Positions 1 to 8,632 of a stretch of DNA of 64,000 nt are shown one piece after another. The position numbers and the translations under genes are program-made. The notes below the pieces were generated by a model that was not told where the DNA came from, searched no databases, and saw only the letters and a program-made list of their open reading frames with translations. This DNA is from a virus, in the IMG/VR virus record IMGVR_UViG_3300050190_000082, positions 1 through 64,000 of that record. One strand, given 5' to 3'. Every line of letters begins with the position of its first letter. Positions within the stretch are counted from its first letter, which is position 1.

Positions 1-1
1 A

Positions 2-169
2 ATAAAATTAATATCATATAATGATCTATTGAGTATTCTTAACTCTTTAACTGAACAAATTTTATTTGTTATAGGTTTTACTTATTTAATTCCTTTCTTT
101 ATACTCACAGGAGTTTATATAGTTATAAATTTCTGTATAACTCTAACTTATGATGGAAAACAGAATTAA
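2..169 (+). CDS. 3' end of a membrane protein (partial; possibly an Agr-type sensor or processing protein)
   Basis: Frame 2 is open from the window edge to TAA 167-169: ...TEQILFVIGFTYLIPFFILTGVYIVINFCITLTYDGKQN*. Strongly hydrophobic and directly upstream of the agrD-like gene. Not in the ORF track. Confidence 0.5.
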   Translation: MKLISYNDLLSILNSLTEQILFVIGFTYLIPFFILTGVYIVINFCITLTYDGKQN

Positions 170-230
170 AGTCTTTTATAATATACTTTATTTTGTTTAA
201 CATAATCAATAATTAAAGGAGGTGAAAATT

Positions 231-350
231 ATGAAAAACAAGTTATTCAAAGCAGTTATTTTAGGATTGGTTGTAATCACAGTAGTTGTAGCGGTAATGT
301 CTTCATGGGTAATCTGGCATCAACCAGAAACTCCAATTTGCATAGCATAG
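231..350 (+). CDS. agrD: AgrD-like cyclic lactone autoinducer peptide precursor (39 aa)
   Basis: SD AAAGGAGGTG at 216-224, then MKNKLFKAVILGLVVITVVVAVMSSWVIWHQPETPICIA*. Basic/hydrophobic leader, ring candidate S-W-V-I-W and an HQPExP tail typical of clostridial AgrD. Below the ORF-track cutoff. Confidence 0.85.
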   Translation: MKNKLFKAVILGLVVITVVVAVMSSWVIWHQPETPICIA

Positions 351-365
351 GCTATACATATCACA

Positions 366-395
366 GAGGGAGAGAGTATTTATTACTCCTCCCTC
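366..395 (+). terminator. Stem-loop after agrD-like gene
   Basis: GAGGGAG-agagta...tactc-CTCCCTC inverted repeat; no clear U-tract. Confidence 0.5.
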
Positions 396-424
396 AAAAC
401 ATAAATAATATTATTACAAAAAGC

Positions 425-453
425 TTGACATATTAATACAGATAAGATAATAT
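425..453 (+). promoter_or_regulatory. sigmaA-type promoter for HTH-MazF gene
   Basis: TTGACA-17bp-TAATAT. Confidence 0.55.
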
Positions 454-518
454 ATTACTTGTAGATAAGAAATTAACTAAATTATATTATACTTAATTTG
501 AAAGGCGGATGTATTAAT

Positions 519-1298
519 ATGTTCAATGCAAGAGGGAAATCAAATGAGGTAAAAGACTTTAAGAAGTTAGCAATCCTAGTTAAAAAAGCAATTGGGTATA
601 ACACTATCCCAGAATTTACAGATCTGGCAGGAATTCCAAACTCTACTAAACAAATAATTGATATTATTAATGGAAAAAGTGCTACATATCCAGAAGTTGG
701 GTTACTTCAAAAAATTGCTAATGGATCTCAACTTAGAGTCACATTTAATGAATTGAGAATTGCATGTGGATATAATTTAAATGACAGTGGAGTTGATCTA
801 AGAGGAGTAAACGTATTTAGAGGGTGGATATGTCGGTGTGACTATGGAAACGTCATAGACAGTGAGCAAGGTGGGATACGCCCCTCTCTCGTAATTCAGA
901 ACGACATGGGGAACTCACATGCACCAATAACAATGGTAATTCCTTTATCGAGCCGTTTAGGTAAAAATAATATGCCTACTCATATCAGAATTGGTCAAGA
1001 ATCTGGATTGCAATATGAATCAGAAATATTAGTAGAACAAATGAGAGTGGTATCAAAAAGTCGGTTAATGGTTGACGGTTTCATTCAGCCAATATGTGAG
1101 TGTCCCGAAGAAATTCTTAGAAGGGTCGAAATTGCAATTATGAAACAAACTGGGATGGTGGGTACAAGAGTAAACGAATCTGTTGTAGATAGATTTTTAG
1201 ATAAACTAAATGAATATGCTCATAAGGCAGAAGAAAGTTATAACAATCGTAATTATAATCAAAATACTAATCCACAAAGAGTAGCTTCATTTGCATAA
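519..1298 (+). CDS. XRE-type HTH fused to a PemK/MazF (EndoA-like) endoribonuclease domain
   Basis: C-terminal half has RG...SEQGGIRPSLVIQND.GN...PTH...ESEILVEQMR, matching Firmicute MazF. N-terminal half has an XRE-like helical pattern. Start probably ATG 519 after SD GAAAGGCGG (track start 498). Confidence 0.85.
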   Translation: MFNARGKSNEVKDFKKLAILVKKAIGYNTIPEFTDLAGIPNSTKQIIDIINGKSATYPEVGLLQKIANGSQLRVTFNELRIACGYNLNDSGVDLRGVNVFRGWICRCDYGNVIDSEQGGIRPSLVIQNDMGNSHAPITMVIPLSSRLGKNNMPTHIRIGQESGLQYESEILVEQMRVVSKSRLMVDGFIQPICECPEEILRRVEIAIMKQTGMVGTRVNESVVDRFLDKLNEYAHKAEESYNNRNYNQNTNPQRVASFA

Positions 1299-1348
1299 AC
1301 TAAGACAAAATAAATATTGGATGTGGCAATATGATTGTAGGAAATAAT

Positions 1349-1380
1349 TGAACCAGTAGAGACTGAAACATACTGGTTCA
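1349..1380 (+). terminator. Stem-loop after HTH-MazF gene
   Basis: TGAACCAGTA...TACTGGTTCA, 10-bp perfect arms. Confidence 0.5.
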
Positions 1381-1709
1381 TATAACCTCATATAATATCT
1401 TGCTTAATCTATACTAGTATACATAAAAGTTACAGTATATTAAAACCTTTGACAGCACATTCTATATCCCCACACCATCTACACATCAATGTCTGAGTCC
1501 TGTGATATAATAGAGGGTAATACATAAAATCAATGTGTCTCCACAAAGGACATTCGTCCTATTACCGCATGACTTTAGGCATATACTTATTTGTCAGAAA
1601 AGTATTATAATAAGATTAGTTAAATATAATATTTACAAAAAGCGAAAATAAAGTCGAAATTGAGTGGAATTATCCCTACGATATACAGTAAAATATCCTA
1701 AATATTTAC

Positions 1710-1738
1710 TTGCGTAATCACGGTCTGTATTATAAAAT
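1710..1738 (+). promoter_or_regulatory. sigmaA-type promoter
   Basis: TTGCGT-17bp-TAAAAT. Confidence 0.55.
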
Positions 1739-1753
1739 AAAATCAAGCAAAGA

Positions 1754-1765
1754 GAACATTTGTTC
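1754..1765. promoter_or_regulatory. LexA (SOS/Cheo) box
   Basis: GAAC-ATTT-GTTC matches the Firmicute GAAC-N4-GTTC core, just downstream of the promoter; degenerate second copy AAAT-ATAT-GTTC at 1776-1787. Confidence 0.65.
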
Positions 1766-1925
1766 TTACATAATCAAATATATGTTCTTTATATTTATTT
1801 AAGGAGGTGGTGACAATCACACTAGAGTATATTAAGTCTGTCTTATAATTATCTTAGAATCCCAAGTAGCACTATTCGTAGCAATTTTAGAAGAAATTAG
1901 AATAAAAAACAGGAGGAGATATTAG

Positions 1926-2345
1926 ATGAGTGCAACTGTAAATGACAGGTCTGTGTGGGTTATAAAGGATCAAGAGGGATGTTTCGCCCATAAGGGTAGT
2001 ATCTTCAAGGTTGAGAAGATTAAATGGGCTTACATGGGCTTCAGGACGTTCTCAGAGGATGCTAGGGGGTATGTTACTAAGGTTCAAGCAAAGAAAGCAT
2101 TGGCCGATTTAAATAATAAGAAAATATTATCCGAGTTTGAAGAATTGTCTTTTCATTTAGAAGAATGTAATTTGAGTAAAATTATTCATCAATACATAAA
2201 ATTCAAAAAGACAAAGAAAAACAATGTAGTTCTTATTGAGAAGGAAGTCAAAGGTATTATCAATAAGAACATTTTACTAAAGCCACTAACAGTTGCCTTT
2301 GGACTAGGATTGAATGCGAATAAAGTATTGACTGAATCAATTTAA
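1926..2345 (+). CDS. Hypothetical protein, probably SOS-inducible
   Basis: SD AGGAGGAG; monocistronic between the LexA-box promoter and a terminator. Confidence 0.7.
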   Translation: MSATVNDRSVWVIKDQEGCFAHKGSIFKVEKIKWAYMGFRTFSEDARGYVTKVQAKKALADLNNKKILSEFEELSFHLEECNLSKIIHQYIKFKKTKKNNVVLIEKEVKGIINKNILLKPLTVAFGLGLNANKVLTESI

Positions 2346-2365
2346 AATAATACTAAATAGATGCT

Positions 2366-2400
2366 AAAAGCTACTCACTTAAAATTGTGAGTAGCTTTTT
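2366..2400 (+). terminator. Rho-independent terminator
   Basis: AAAAGCTACTCAC / GTGAGTAGCTTTT followed by T-run. Confidence 0.85.
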
Positions 2401-2412
2401 ATTATTTTATAT

Positions 2413-2441
2413 TTGATTTTGCTGTATTTTTATGATATAAT
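2413..2441 (+). promoter_or_regulatory. sigmaA promoter with extended -10
   Basis: TTGATT-17bp-TATAAT with TG at -15/-14. Confidence 0.6.
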
Positions 2442-2492
2442 TATATTATAGTTATATATATAATTATAATATTTAAAAGGAGGATAGTAAGG

Positions 2493-4271
2493 ATGTTGAT
2501 AACCAAAACTGTAATAATTAAATGGAGTTCCAAAACTAATAAATGGTATAGAAATAAAGGGTATGTATTTACTAAATGGGGAGATGAGTTTGAAGTAAAT
2601 GTCGAGGATTTAACTGCTGGTTCTGGAATAGGCGTAAAAATAGAATGTGATGGGGAAGGGTGTACAACCCCTTTTCTTAAAAATATAAGATGGTGTGACT
2701 ATATAAAAAGTGGTCATAAAGGAGGTAAATATTATTGCCATAAATGTGCAGCAAATTTATTTGCCATTAAAAAGGGAGTAAAAACGAAACTGATGAATGG
2801 ATTGTCATTTTATCAATGGTGCTATAATAACCTATCTAAAGAAGAAGCTGATATAATATTATCTAGATGGGATTATAATAAGAATGTTGATAAAGACAAT
2901 AATATAATAACACCTAAAGATGTTAGCTTTAGCTCTGTAGGACCAGACAGAAAAGGCTACTGGTTTAAATGTTTAGATCACCCTGAACATAAGTCTGAGA
3001 GAAGAAGTATTAGCACTTATACAAGTGGCAAAAATGGGACTATTAATTGTAGTCAATGTAATACATTAGCAATGACTCATCCTGAATTTATAAAATATTT
3101 AGTAGATGAGAAAGATTTATACGAATATTCATCTGGGTCAAATAAAAGTATTATTCTAAAATGCCCCGAGTGTGGATTTGAAAAACCAATGCAAATTCCT
3201 AGATTATTAAATCAAGGGTTCGGATGTCCTAGATGTTCTGATGGGGTTAGTTATCCAGAAAAATTTATGTTTAATGTTTTGGAACAATTAAATGTAGATT
3301 TTAAAACACAATTAAATAAAACTGTATTTGATTGGTGCAATGGTTATAGATACGATTTCTATATCCCTATATTAAATTGCATAATAGAGACACACGGTAT
3401 CCAGCATTATGAGAGAAAACTAGATAAATGGATGTCATTACAAGAAACTCAGGAGAATGATAGATGTAAGGAGCGAATAGCTAAAGAAAATAGTATTGTT
3501 AATTATATAACGTTGGACTGTAGAGATTCCAAAATAGATTGGATTAAGAATAGCATAATGACCAGTAATTTGCCTTCTTTGTTAGGATTTAAAGAATTGG
3601 ACATAGATTGGCTAAAATGCCACGAATCTGCTTGTAATAGTTTAGTTAGGGTAGTTTGTGATTTGTGGAATAGTGGCATAAATAGTACACTTGAGGTAGC
3701 AAATAAATTAAAAATTAGCAGACCTACAGCTACAAGATATTTAAATAAAGGGGTCCAATTGGGGTGGTGTAATTATAACCCAGTTGAAGAGAGCGAAAAG
3801 AATCGTCTTAATAAAAAGCAATGTAAAGAAGTAATTTGTTTAAATACAAAAGAAAAATTTAATTCTTTAAAAGATGCCTGTGAAATGTATAATATTAAGA
3901 GTTCAAATATGACTTATTGTTGTAGCAATGATTATAAAGCTAAAACAGCAGGAATAGATCCTAATACAGGGAATGCTTTGGTGTGGATGTTTTACGATGA
4001 ATATGTATTAAAAAATAAAGTATTAGGTTGGTTTAATGATTATATGAATATATATGGTCATAATCATAAAGTAGTATGCTTAACTACTGGAGAAATATTT
4101 GAGTCTCAAACAGTTGCAGCAAAAGAATATAAACTAATAAATGGAGGTAATATAGGGTCTTGTTGTAATAAAAAAGCAAAGTCAGCAGGGAAGCATCCTG
4201 ATACGGGAGAACCACTAAGATGGATGCATTACGCAGAGTATGTAAGCAGTGAGATTAACCATATAATTTAA
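2493..4271 (+). CDS. Zinc-ribbon repeat / PD-(D/E)XK (Vsr-like) homing-type endonuclease with C-terminal NUMOD-like repeats
   Basis: Multiple CxxC motifs, SYPEK..RYDFY..IIETHGIQHY nuclease core, repeated VxCLxTxExF..SAG.HP.TG units; paralog of 56823..58670. Confidence 0.7.
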   Translation: MLITKTVIIKWSSKTNKWYRNKGYVFTKWGDEFEVNVEDLTAGSGIGVKIECDGEGCTTPFLKNIRWCDYIKSGHKGGKYYCHKCAANLFAIKKGVKTKLMNGLSFYQWCYNNLSKEEADIILSRWDYNKNVDKDNNIITPKDVSFSSVGPDRKGYWFKCLDHPEHKSERRSISTYTSGKNGTINCSQCNTLAMTHPEFIKYLVDEKDLYEYSSGSNKSIILKCPECGFEKPMQIPRLLNQGFGCPRCSDGVSYPEKFMFNVLEQLNVDFKTQLNKTVFDWCNGYRYDFYIPILNCIIETHGIQHYERKLDKWMSLQETQENDRCKERIAKENSIVNYITLDCRDSKIDWIKNSIMTSNLPSLLGFKELDIDWLKCHESACNSLVRVVCDLWNSGINSTLEVANKLKISRPTATRYLNKGVQLGWCNYNPVEESEKNRLNKKQCKEVICLNTKEKFNSLKDACEMYNIKSSNMTYCCSNDYKAKTAGIDPNTGNALVWMFYDEYVLKNKVLGWFNDYMNIYGHNHKVVCLTTGEIFESQTVAAKEYKLINGGNIGSCCNKKAKSAGKHPDTGEPLRWMHYAEYVSSEINHII

Positions 4272-4284
4272 TAATAATATTAGT

Positions 4285-4322
4285 AAACTATCTATACGAT
4301 CAAAAACGTATAGATAGTTTTA
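4285..4322 (+). terminator. Rho-independent terminator
   Basis: AAACTATCTATACG / CGTATAGATAGTTT, 14-bp arms. Confidence 0.8.
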
Positions 4323-4340
4323 TTATTTATGTATAATTGC

Positions 4341-4369
4341 TTGATTTTTAACATATAATATTGTATAAT
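4341..4369 (+). promoter_or_regulatory. sigmaA promoter for the repressor-like operon
   Basis: TTGATT-17bp-TATAAT. Confidence 0.6.
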
Positions 4370-4411
4370 TACAATTATATTAATGTTTATCATATGAAGG
4401 AGTGATATTTA

Positions 4412-5773
4412 ATGCTAAAAGAAAAATCAGTTGATCTCATTCAGGAACTTGATACGCTCATACAAAAGTACGCATCGAACGATAAGGTAAGGAATATAAT
4501 TGTTAACGAATTTACTAAAAGAAATATGAAGGGTAGCCTAGCTATTAGTATTCTTAATGAAAAAAGAGAATTATCTACACTAAATATTGATGAAGGGAAA
4601 GATTTAATTTTACTGTTTGTTTTTAATAAAGGGATGTTTTCTGCCTTAACTCATAAAGAAGATGATGAGTCACAACCATTAGGAGAAATAAGCGAAGGTT
4701 TAAAAATAACTCCTGAGAATTATTTTAATCCAATTGAGATTGAAAATATGAATGATTATAAGGAAGATAAAAAGTCAGATGCAAAGCGACAATATGTTTT
4801 CCATAATATGATTCAGGTTGCAGAGGGGTACTGGAAGGGAATTGTATCTGCTAAACAGTTAGCTACAATAGATGAGGGGAATGACATCATCTATTCATTT
4901 AAGACTCAGAGAGACCCCCACATTGATATCTATGGAATGAAAAGGATTCAACTTGATAAAAACAAAGTAGAAAAGATTGCAAATAGATTGCTTTCTGGGA
5001 CTCAATTTTCAGATGAGATAAAACTAAATCTGCTTCATGATGGTGAGGACCAAATATCCTATAATGATAAAAATGGAGATTTAACTATTATTTCAGGGAA
5101 TTTAAATATCTTTGATGGTTATCACAGAATGACTGCCAGTTCGATCTTTGTCACTAAATCGGAAAAGGCTATCTCCTTCAACTGGGGGCTAGTAATCACT
5201 AATTTCAGTGAGAAGAAAACTCAAGAATTTATGGTTCAAATCAATGAACAGAAACCTATGAGACAGGAACACATTAAGGCGTTAGATACCTCAAAATTGG
5301 GTAATATAGTGTCAGATGCAATTAGAGATATTGATACTAGTGAATTTGCACAAAATATTAAAGATTCTTCAGCAGAACTAAAGTTTTCAGGTCTGGTTCG
5401 CAAATCCCTACTGGCAACTAGTATAGAAGAATGCTACAAAGATAAATTAACTAACCGCCTTCAAGCAAAACCAATTGCAAGACATATTGCACAAGTTATG
5501 GATTATATTATAGGATTAAATCTTGAAGCGTTTATAGTCAATCCTGATCCAACTCACAGTTATATAGCACATAGTAATATGTTTGCAGGGTATGTTGCCT
5601 TGTCAGAAAGATTATATGATGTAAATGGTTGGGAAGATATATTGGAAGAAGTAATTGATAGAATTGATTTCAATGTAGAAAATGTATTTTGGAAAGATAT
5701 TGGGTTATTAGAAACTGATATGAAAAAATCAACGAGAAATAACCTTTACAAATTCTTTTATAAATTAGTATAA
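4412..5773 (+). CDS. DGQHR/ParB-Srx-like domain protein (SPbeta YopQ/SroE-like)
   Basis: QR motif and IFDGYHR motif, 453 aa, directly upstream of an integrase-like gene as in SPbeta yopQ-yopR. Confidence 0.6.
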   Translation: MLKEKSVDLIQELDTLIQKYASNDKVRNIIVNEFTKRNMKGSLAISILNEKRELSTLNIDEGKDLILLFVFNKGMFSALTHKEDDESQPLGEISEGLKITPENYFNPIEIENMNDYKEDKKSDAKRQYVFHNMIQVAEGYWKGIVSAKQLATIDEGNDIIYSFKTQRDPHIDIYGMKRIQLDKNKVEKIANRLLSGTQFSDEIKLNLLHDGEDQISYNDKNGDLTIISGNLNIFDGYHRMTASSIFVTKSEKAISFNWGLVITNFSEKKTQEFMVQINEQKPMRQEHIKALDTSKLGNIVSDAIRDIDTSEFAQNIKDSSAELKFSGLVRKSLLATSIEECYKDKLTNRLQAKPIARHIAQVMDYIIGLNLEAFIVNPDPTHSYIAHSNMFAGYVALSERLYDVNGWEDILEEVIDRIDFNVENVFWKDIGLLETDMKKSTRNNLYKFFYKLV

Positions 5774-5796
5774 TTAATTATAGGGGGTATTTTAAA

Positions 5797-6837
5797 ATGG
5801 TTGAACAAAATGAATTACAAAGTGAAGAAGTGTCTTTTGAAGTTGATGCAGAATATAAGGAAGAATTTTTAGAAAAACAATTGAAATCTACTAGAAGTTT
5901 TTATTCTTATGTTCTTAAAAAAGCAGATGAGTTTGAAGTGCAGTTGGGTTTAAAAATCTACGACTTTTCAACAGACGATAGAGATGAGTTGCTAAAAGTT
6001 CAATACAAAAACAAAAATGTTTGGGCATTCCAAACTGTTCTAAGCCCCTTGAGAACGTATGTAGATTTTTGTATTGGTAAGAGTTTAGTTAGGCATAATC
6101 AAAATAGATTCTCTACGATTCTTCCAGCAGATTATAACCAATATACTAATGATCAAGCGAAAGAAAACTCTTATATTACACAATCTGAAAATAGAGAATT
6201 CCAAAAAGGGTTAATAAATTATCAGGATAAATTAATTATTGAATTATTGGGATTAGGTGTTAGAGGCCGAACTGAAAAAGGAAATACTTTAGAGGAATTA
6301 ATCAACTTAAAAGTGAGCGATATTAATTATGAGGAGAAGCAAATATATCTAACAAGTAACGATGGCGAATTAAGATATTTGGAAGTTGATGATTATACTT
6401 TAGACCTAATTAAGAAAACAATTGACAGAGGATTTTATCTATTTGGTAATGGATTGAAAGGAAAGCCTAATGAAGATGGTGTATATGAAAAGACTGATAA
6501 AGGATTTATTATAAATGAGACAGAATATGTTTTCAGAACTCCTGGAAAGAAGAAATTTGGCAAAACAGATTATCAACTATTTGCTAATCGAGTTCAGAGG
6601 ATACAGGGATGGTTACAAAAACCATATTTAACTGTCAGTAATTTATACTTCTCGTCTATAATTTCATGGGCAAAAAAACTAAAAGAAGAAAAGGGCGAGC
6701 CATTAACTAGAGAAGATTATATTAGAATTAATGAGAAATTCCGATTTGGTGGATCAGTCTCAGAAAATCCAAAAGCAGGTGAGAAATATGTTTATAAAAC
6801 TCGTGAAATTGTTGAATCTTATTTAGATAAGGAGTAA
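5797..6837 (+). CDS. Tyrosine-recombinase-fold protein with degenerate active site (SPbeta YopR/MrpR/SroF-like repressor)
   Basis: Box I DKLIIELLGLGVRG...EELINLKVSDI is present; the HxxR region reads LTVSNLYFS instead. Confidence 0.65.
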   Translation: MVEQNELQSEEVSFEVDAEYKEEFLEKQLKSTRSFYSYVLKKADEFEVQLGLKIYDFSTDDRDELLKVQYKNKNVWAFQTVLSPLRTYVDFCIGKSLVRHNQNRFSTILPADYNQYTNDQAKENSYITQSENREFQKGLINYQDKLIIELLGLGVRGRTEKGNTLEELINLKVSDINYEEKQIYLTSNDGELRYLEVDDYTLDLIKKTIDRGFYLFGNGLKGKPNEDGVYEKTDKGFIINETEYVFRTPGKKKFGKTDYQLFANRVQRIQGWLQKPYLTVSNLYFSSIISWAKKLKEEKGEPLTREDYIRINEKFRFGGSVSENPKAGEKYVYKTREIVESYLDKE

Positions 6838-6840
6838 GTT

Positions 6841-7245
6841 ATGCAAAATACACTAATAGAGATGTGGAAAAAATATAACTTACTTGTGGAATTCAAATTA
6901 GGAATGAATAAAAAAGGATACTCTACAAGAGATTTGTATAGCATCCAAGTTCAAATTGTTTTATTAACAGAAATGATTCAGATTGAAAGTATGAACGTTT
7001 TAGGTAATTTATTGTTGAAAAAAAGTTATTTGAGATTGCTAAGATGTATTGATAGGGGCATTGAATATTTACCAGACATTGTAGATAATCCAGAAGGTTG
7101 GTGTTTAAATAAAATAGAGAATGATATAGAGTCATGGATAAATGAAGATACACTAATATTCACATGCAAAAATAATACAAATGTATTTAGTAAATTATCT
7201 AGGAATGATAACGGAAGAAAATATCAAGATGGCAAATGGCAATAG
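6841..7245 (+). CDS. Hypothetical protein
   Basis: SD AAGGAG; coupled to the upstream gene. Confidence 0.6.
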   Translation: MQNTLIEMWKKYNLLVEFKLGMNKKGYSTRDLYSIQVQIVLLTEMIQIESMNVLGNLLLKKSYLRLLRCIDRGIEYLPDIVDNPEGWCLNKIENDIESWINEDTLIFTCKNNTNVFSKLSRNDNGRKYQDGKWQ

Positions 7246-7259
7246 AGAGGAGTGAAATT

Positions 7260-7664
7260 ATGAATTTTGGAGAAAAAATTACTTCATATAAAGAACGATT
7301 AAATCATAAAAACTTTCAAGATTTCGGAAGGGCTGCTAATTGCTCAGGCGACTGGCTGAATAACGCATCGAAAATGGAAGAAATTAAAGTTGTTGATATG
7401 CATAATCTAATAAATTTATGTGATTATCTTGGCATCACGATCAACCAATTAGTTGTCAACGATGAATATCTCTTAGATAGTGATAATGTAACTAAAAATG
7501 TCAGTAATTCAGATGATATAGGAGCATTACTAAATCAAATAGTATCTTATTTGAGTAATAACGAGGACTGTAAGCTCGATGGAGTATTGATGAATGATAA
7601 AGCAAAGGAAGTTTGCAAAGATAGCTTAGGCGTAGTTAGAATATTAACAAAACAACATTTATAA
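7260..7664 (+). CDS. XRE-family HTH transcriptional regulator
   Basis: FGEKI..QDFGRAANCS..WL....LINLCDYLGITINQLV pattern; ATG 7260 after SD GAGGAGTG (track start 7236). Confidence 0.75.
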   Translation: MNFGEKITSYKERLNHKNFQDFGRAANCSGDWLNNASKMEEIKVVDMHNLINLCDYLGITINQLVVNDEYLLDSDNVTKNVSNSDDIGALLNQIVSYLSNNEDCKLDGVLMNDKAKEVCKDSLGVVRILTKQHL

Positions 7665-7676
7665 AAGGAGGGCAAT

Positions 7677-7871
7677 ATGTTGGATATCAATGAGGAAAGT
7701 GTGACAATTAAACGTTGTCACACAAATCATTGTCAAGTTTGCGGTAGAATGTATGAAGAAATTGAATTAGTATTTTTTATTCCCCTAGACAATAATCTTG
7801 TTTGTAGAAAGTGTGCTACAGAATCTGGATGTGAGTTTGAGCCAAGGATTTATGTTAAGGAACCAGATTAA
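7677..7871 (+). CDS. Small zinc-finger protein
   Basis: CQVC...CRKC; SD AGGAGG. Confidence 0.6.
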   Translation: MLDINEESVTIKRCHTNHCQVCGRMYEEIELVFFIPLDNNLVCRKCATESGCEFEPRIYVKEPD

Positions 7872-7892
7872 AATATTATTTATAATTTGTCC

Positions 7893-7921
7893 TTGACATT
7901 ATTTTCAAGTAATAGTATAAT
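7893..7921 (+). promoter_or_regulatory. Consensus sigmaA promoter
   Basis: TTGACA-17bp-TATAAT, with an extra TATAAT 6 bp upstream of -35. Confidence 0.8.
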
Positions 7922-8029
7922 TAGATATAATATATTTGAGGATGTGATGATTATGGAATAAGAAAAAGTGATGTATAAAACGTCACATACATAAGACCAA
8001 AATAATAATATAGAAATGAGTTAAGGCAA

Positions 8030-8632
8030 ATGAGGAAGTTTAAATCTACTACTGTTCGCAAATTTGGGGTGATTGTTCTAATATTCACTTTGTTACTAAG
8101 TCAGGGTGGTATGGTTCTAAAGAATCACATTATCCCAAAAAAGAAAATTATAAAAGCAATCAATTCTAATATACTTGCAAAATTCAGAAGCCAATACATA
8201 GTAATACCACACAAAAAAATTATTGATGAAAAAGTAAAAATCATTAATATTGAAATGGCTAGAAAACCAAAAGCAATGGTATTTGTTATAACGGCATATG
8301 ACCTTTCAGTTGCCTCGTGTGGTAAATCCACGAGTGACCCTGCATATGGTATATCTCGTGGTGGATATGACTTAACAGGAAAGACATGGAGAACAGCAAG
8401 GAGTATTTCTGTTGACACAAATATTATACCTTTAGGAACAAGAGTATTAATTAAATTCAAGGATAAGAAATATAGTAAGTATGAAGGAGTGTATGTCGCA
8501 AATGATACTGGATCTGCTATAAAGGGAAGAAAAATAGATTTATTTCTTGGCGACTTTGGCTCAGAAAAGCCAAGTAAATCAGCAATTAATTTTGGAAAGG
8601 TATTGGCAGATGTAACAATTTTAAAAAATTAA
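8030..8632 (+). CDS. 3D-domain (MltA-like) cell-wall protein with N-terminal membrane anchor
   Basis: ITAY..., SVDTNIIPLGT, ANDTGSAIKGRKIDLF motifs. Confidence 0.85.
   Translation: MRKFKSTTVRKFGVIVLIFTLLLSQGGMVLKNHIIPKKKIIKAINSNILAKFRSQYIVIPHKKIIDEKVKIINIEMARKPKAMVFVITAYDLSVASCGKSTSDPAYGISRGGYDLTGKTWRTARSISVDTNIIPLGTRVLIKFKDKKYSKYEGVYVANDTGSAIKGRKIDLFLGDFGSEKPSKSAINFGKVLADVTILKN

Noticed and set aside
107-136. Imperfect hairpin ACAGGAGTTTATA/TATAAATTTCTGT
   Set aside because: Lies inside the probable membrane-protein frame, needs several G-U pairs and has no U-tract.
1469-1497. Possible fourth 11-7-11 dyad (CCCACACCATC-N7-CAATGTCTGAG)
   Set aside because: Too divergent from the conserved AAGGGTTT arm.
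5797-6837. Call as the prophage integrase
   Set aside because: HxxR motif absent, no att site visible, and a plasmid replicon is present.
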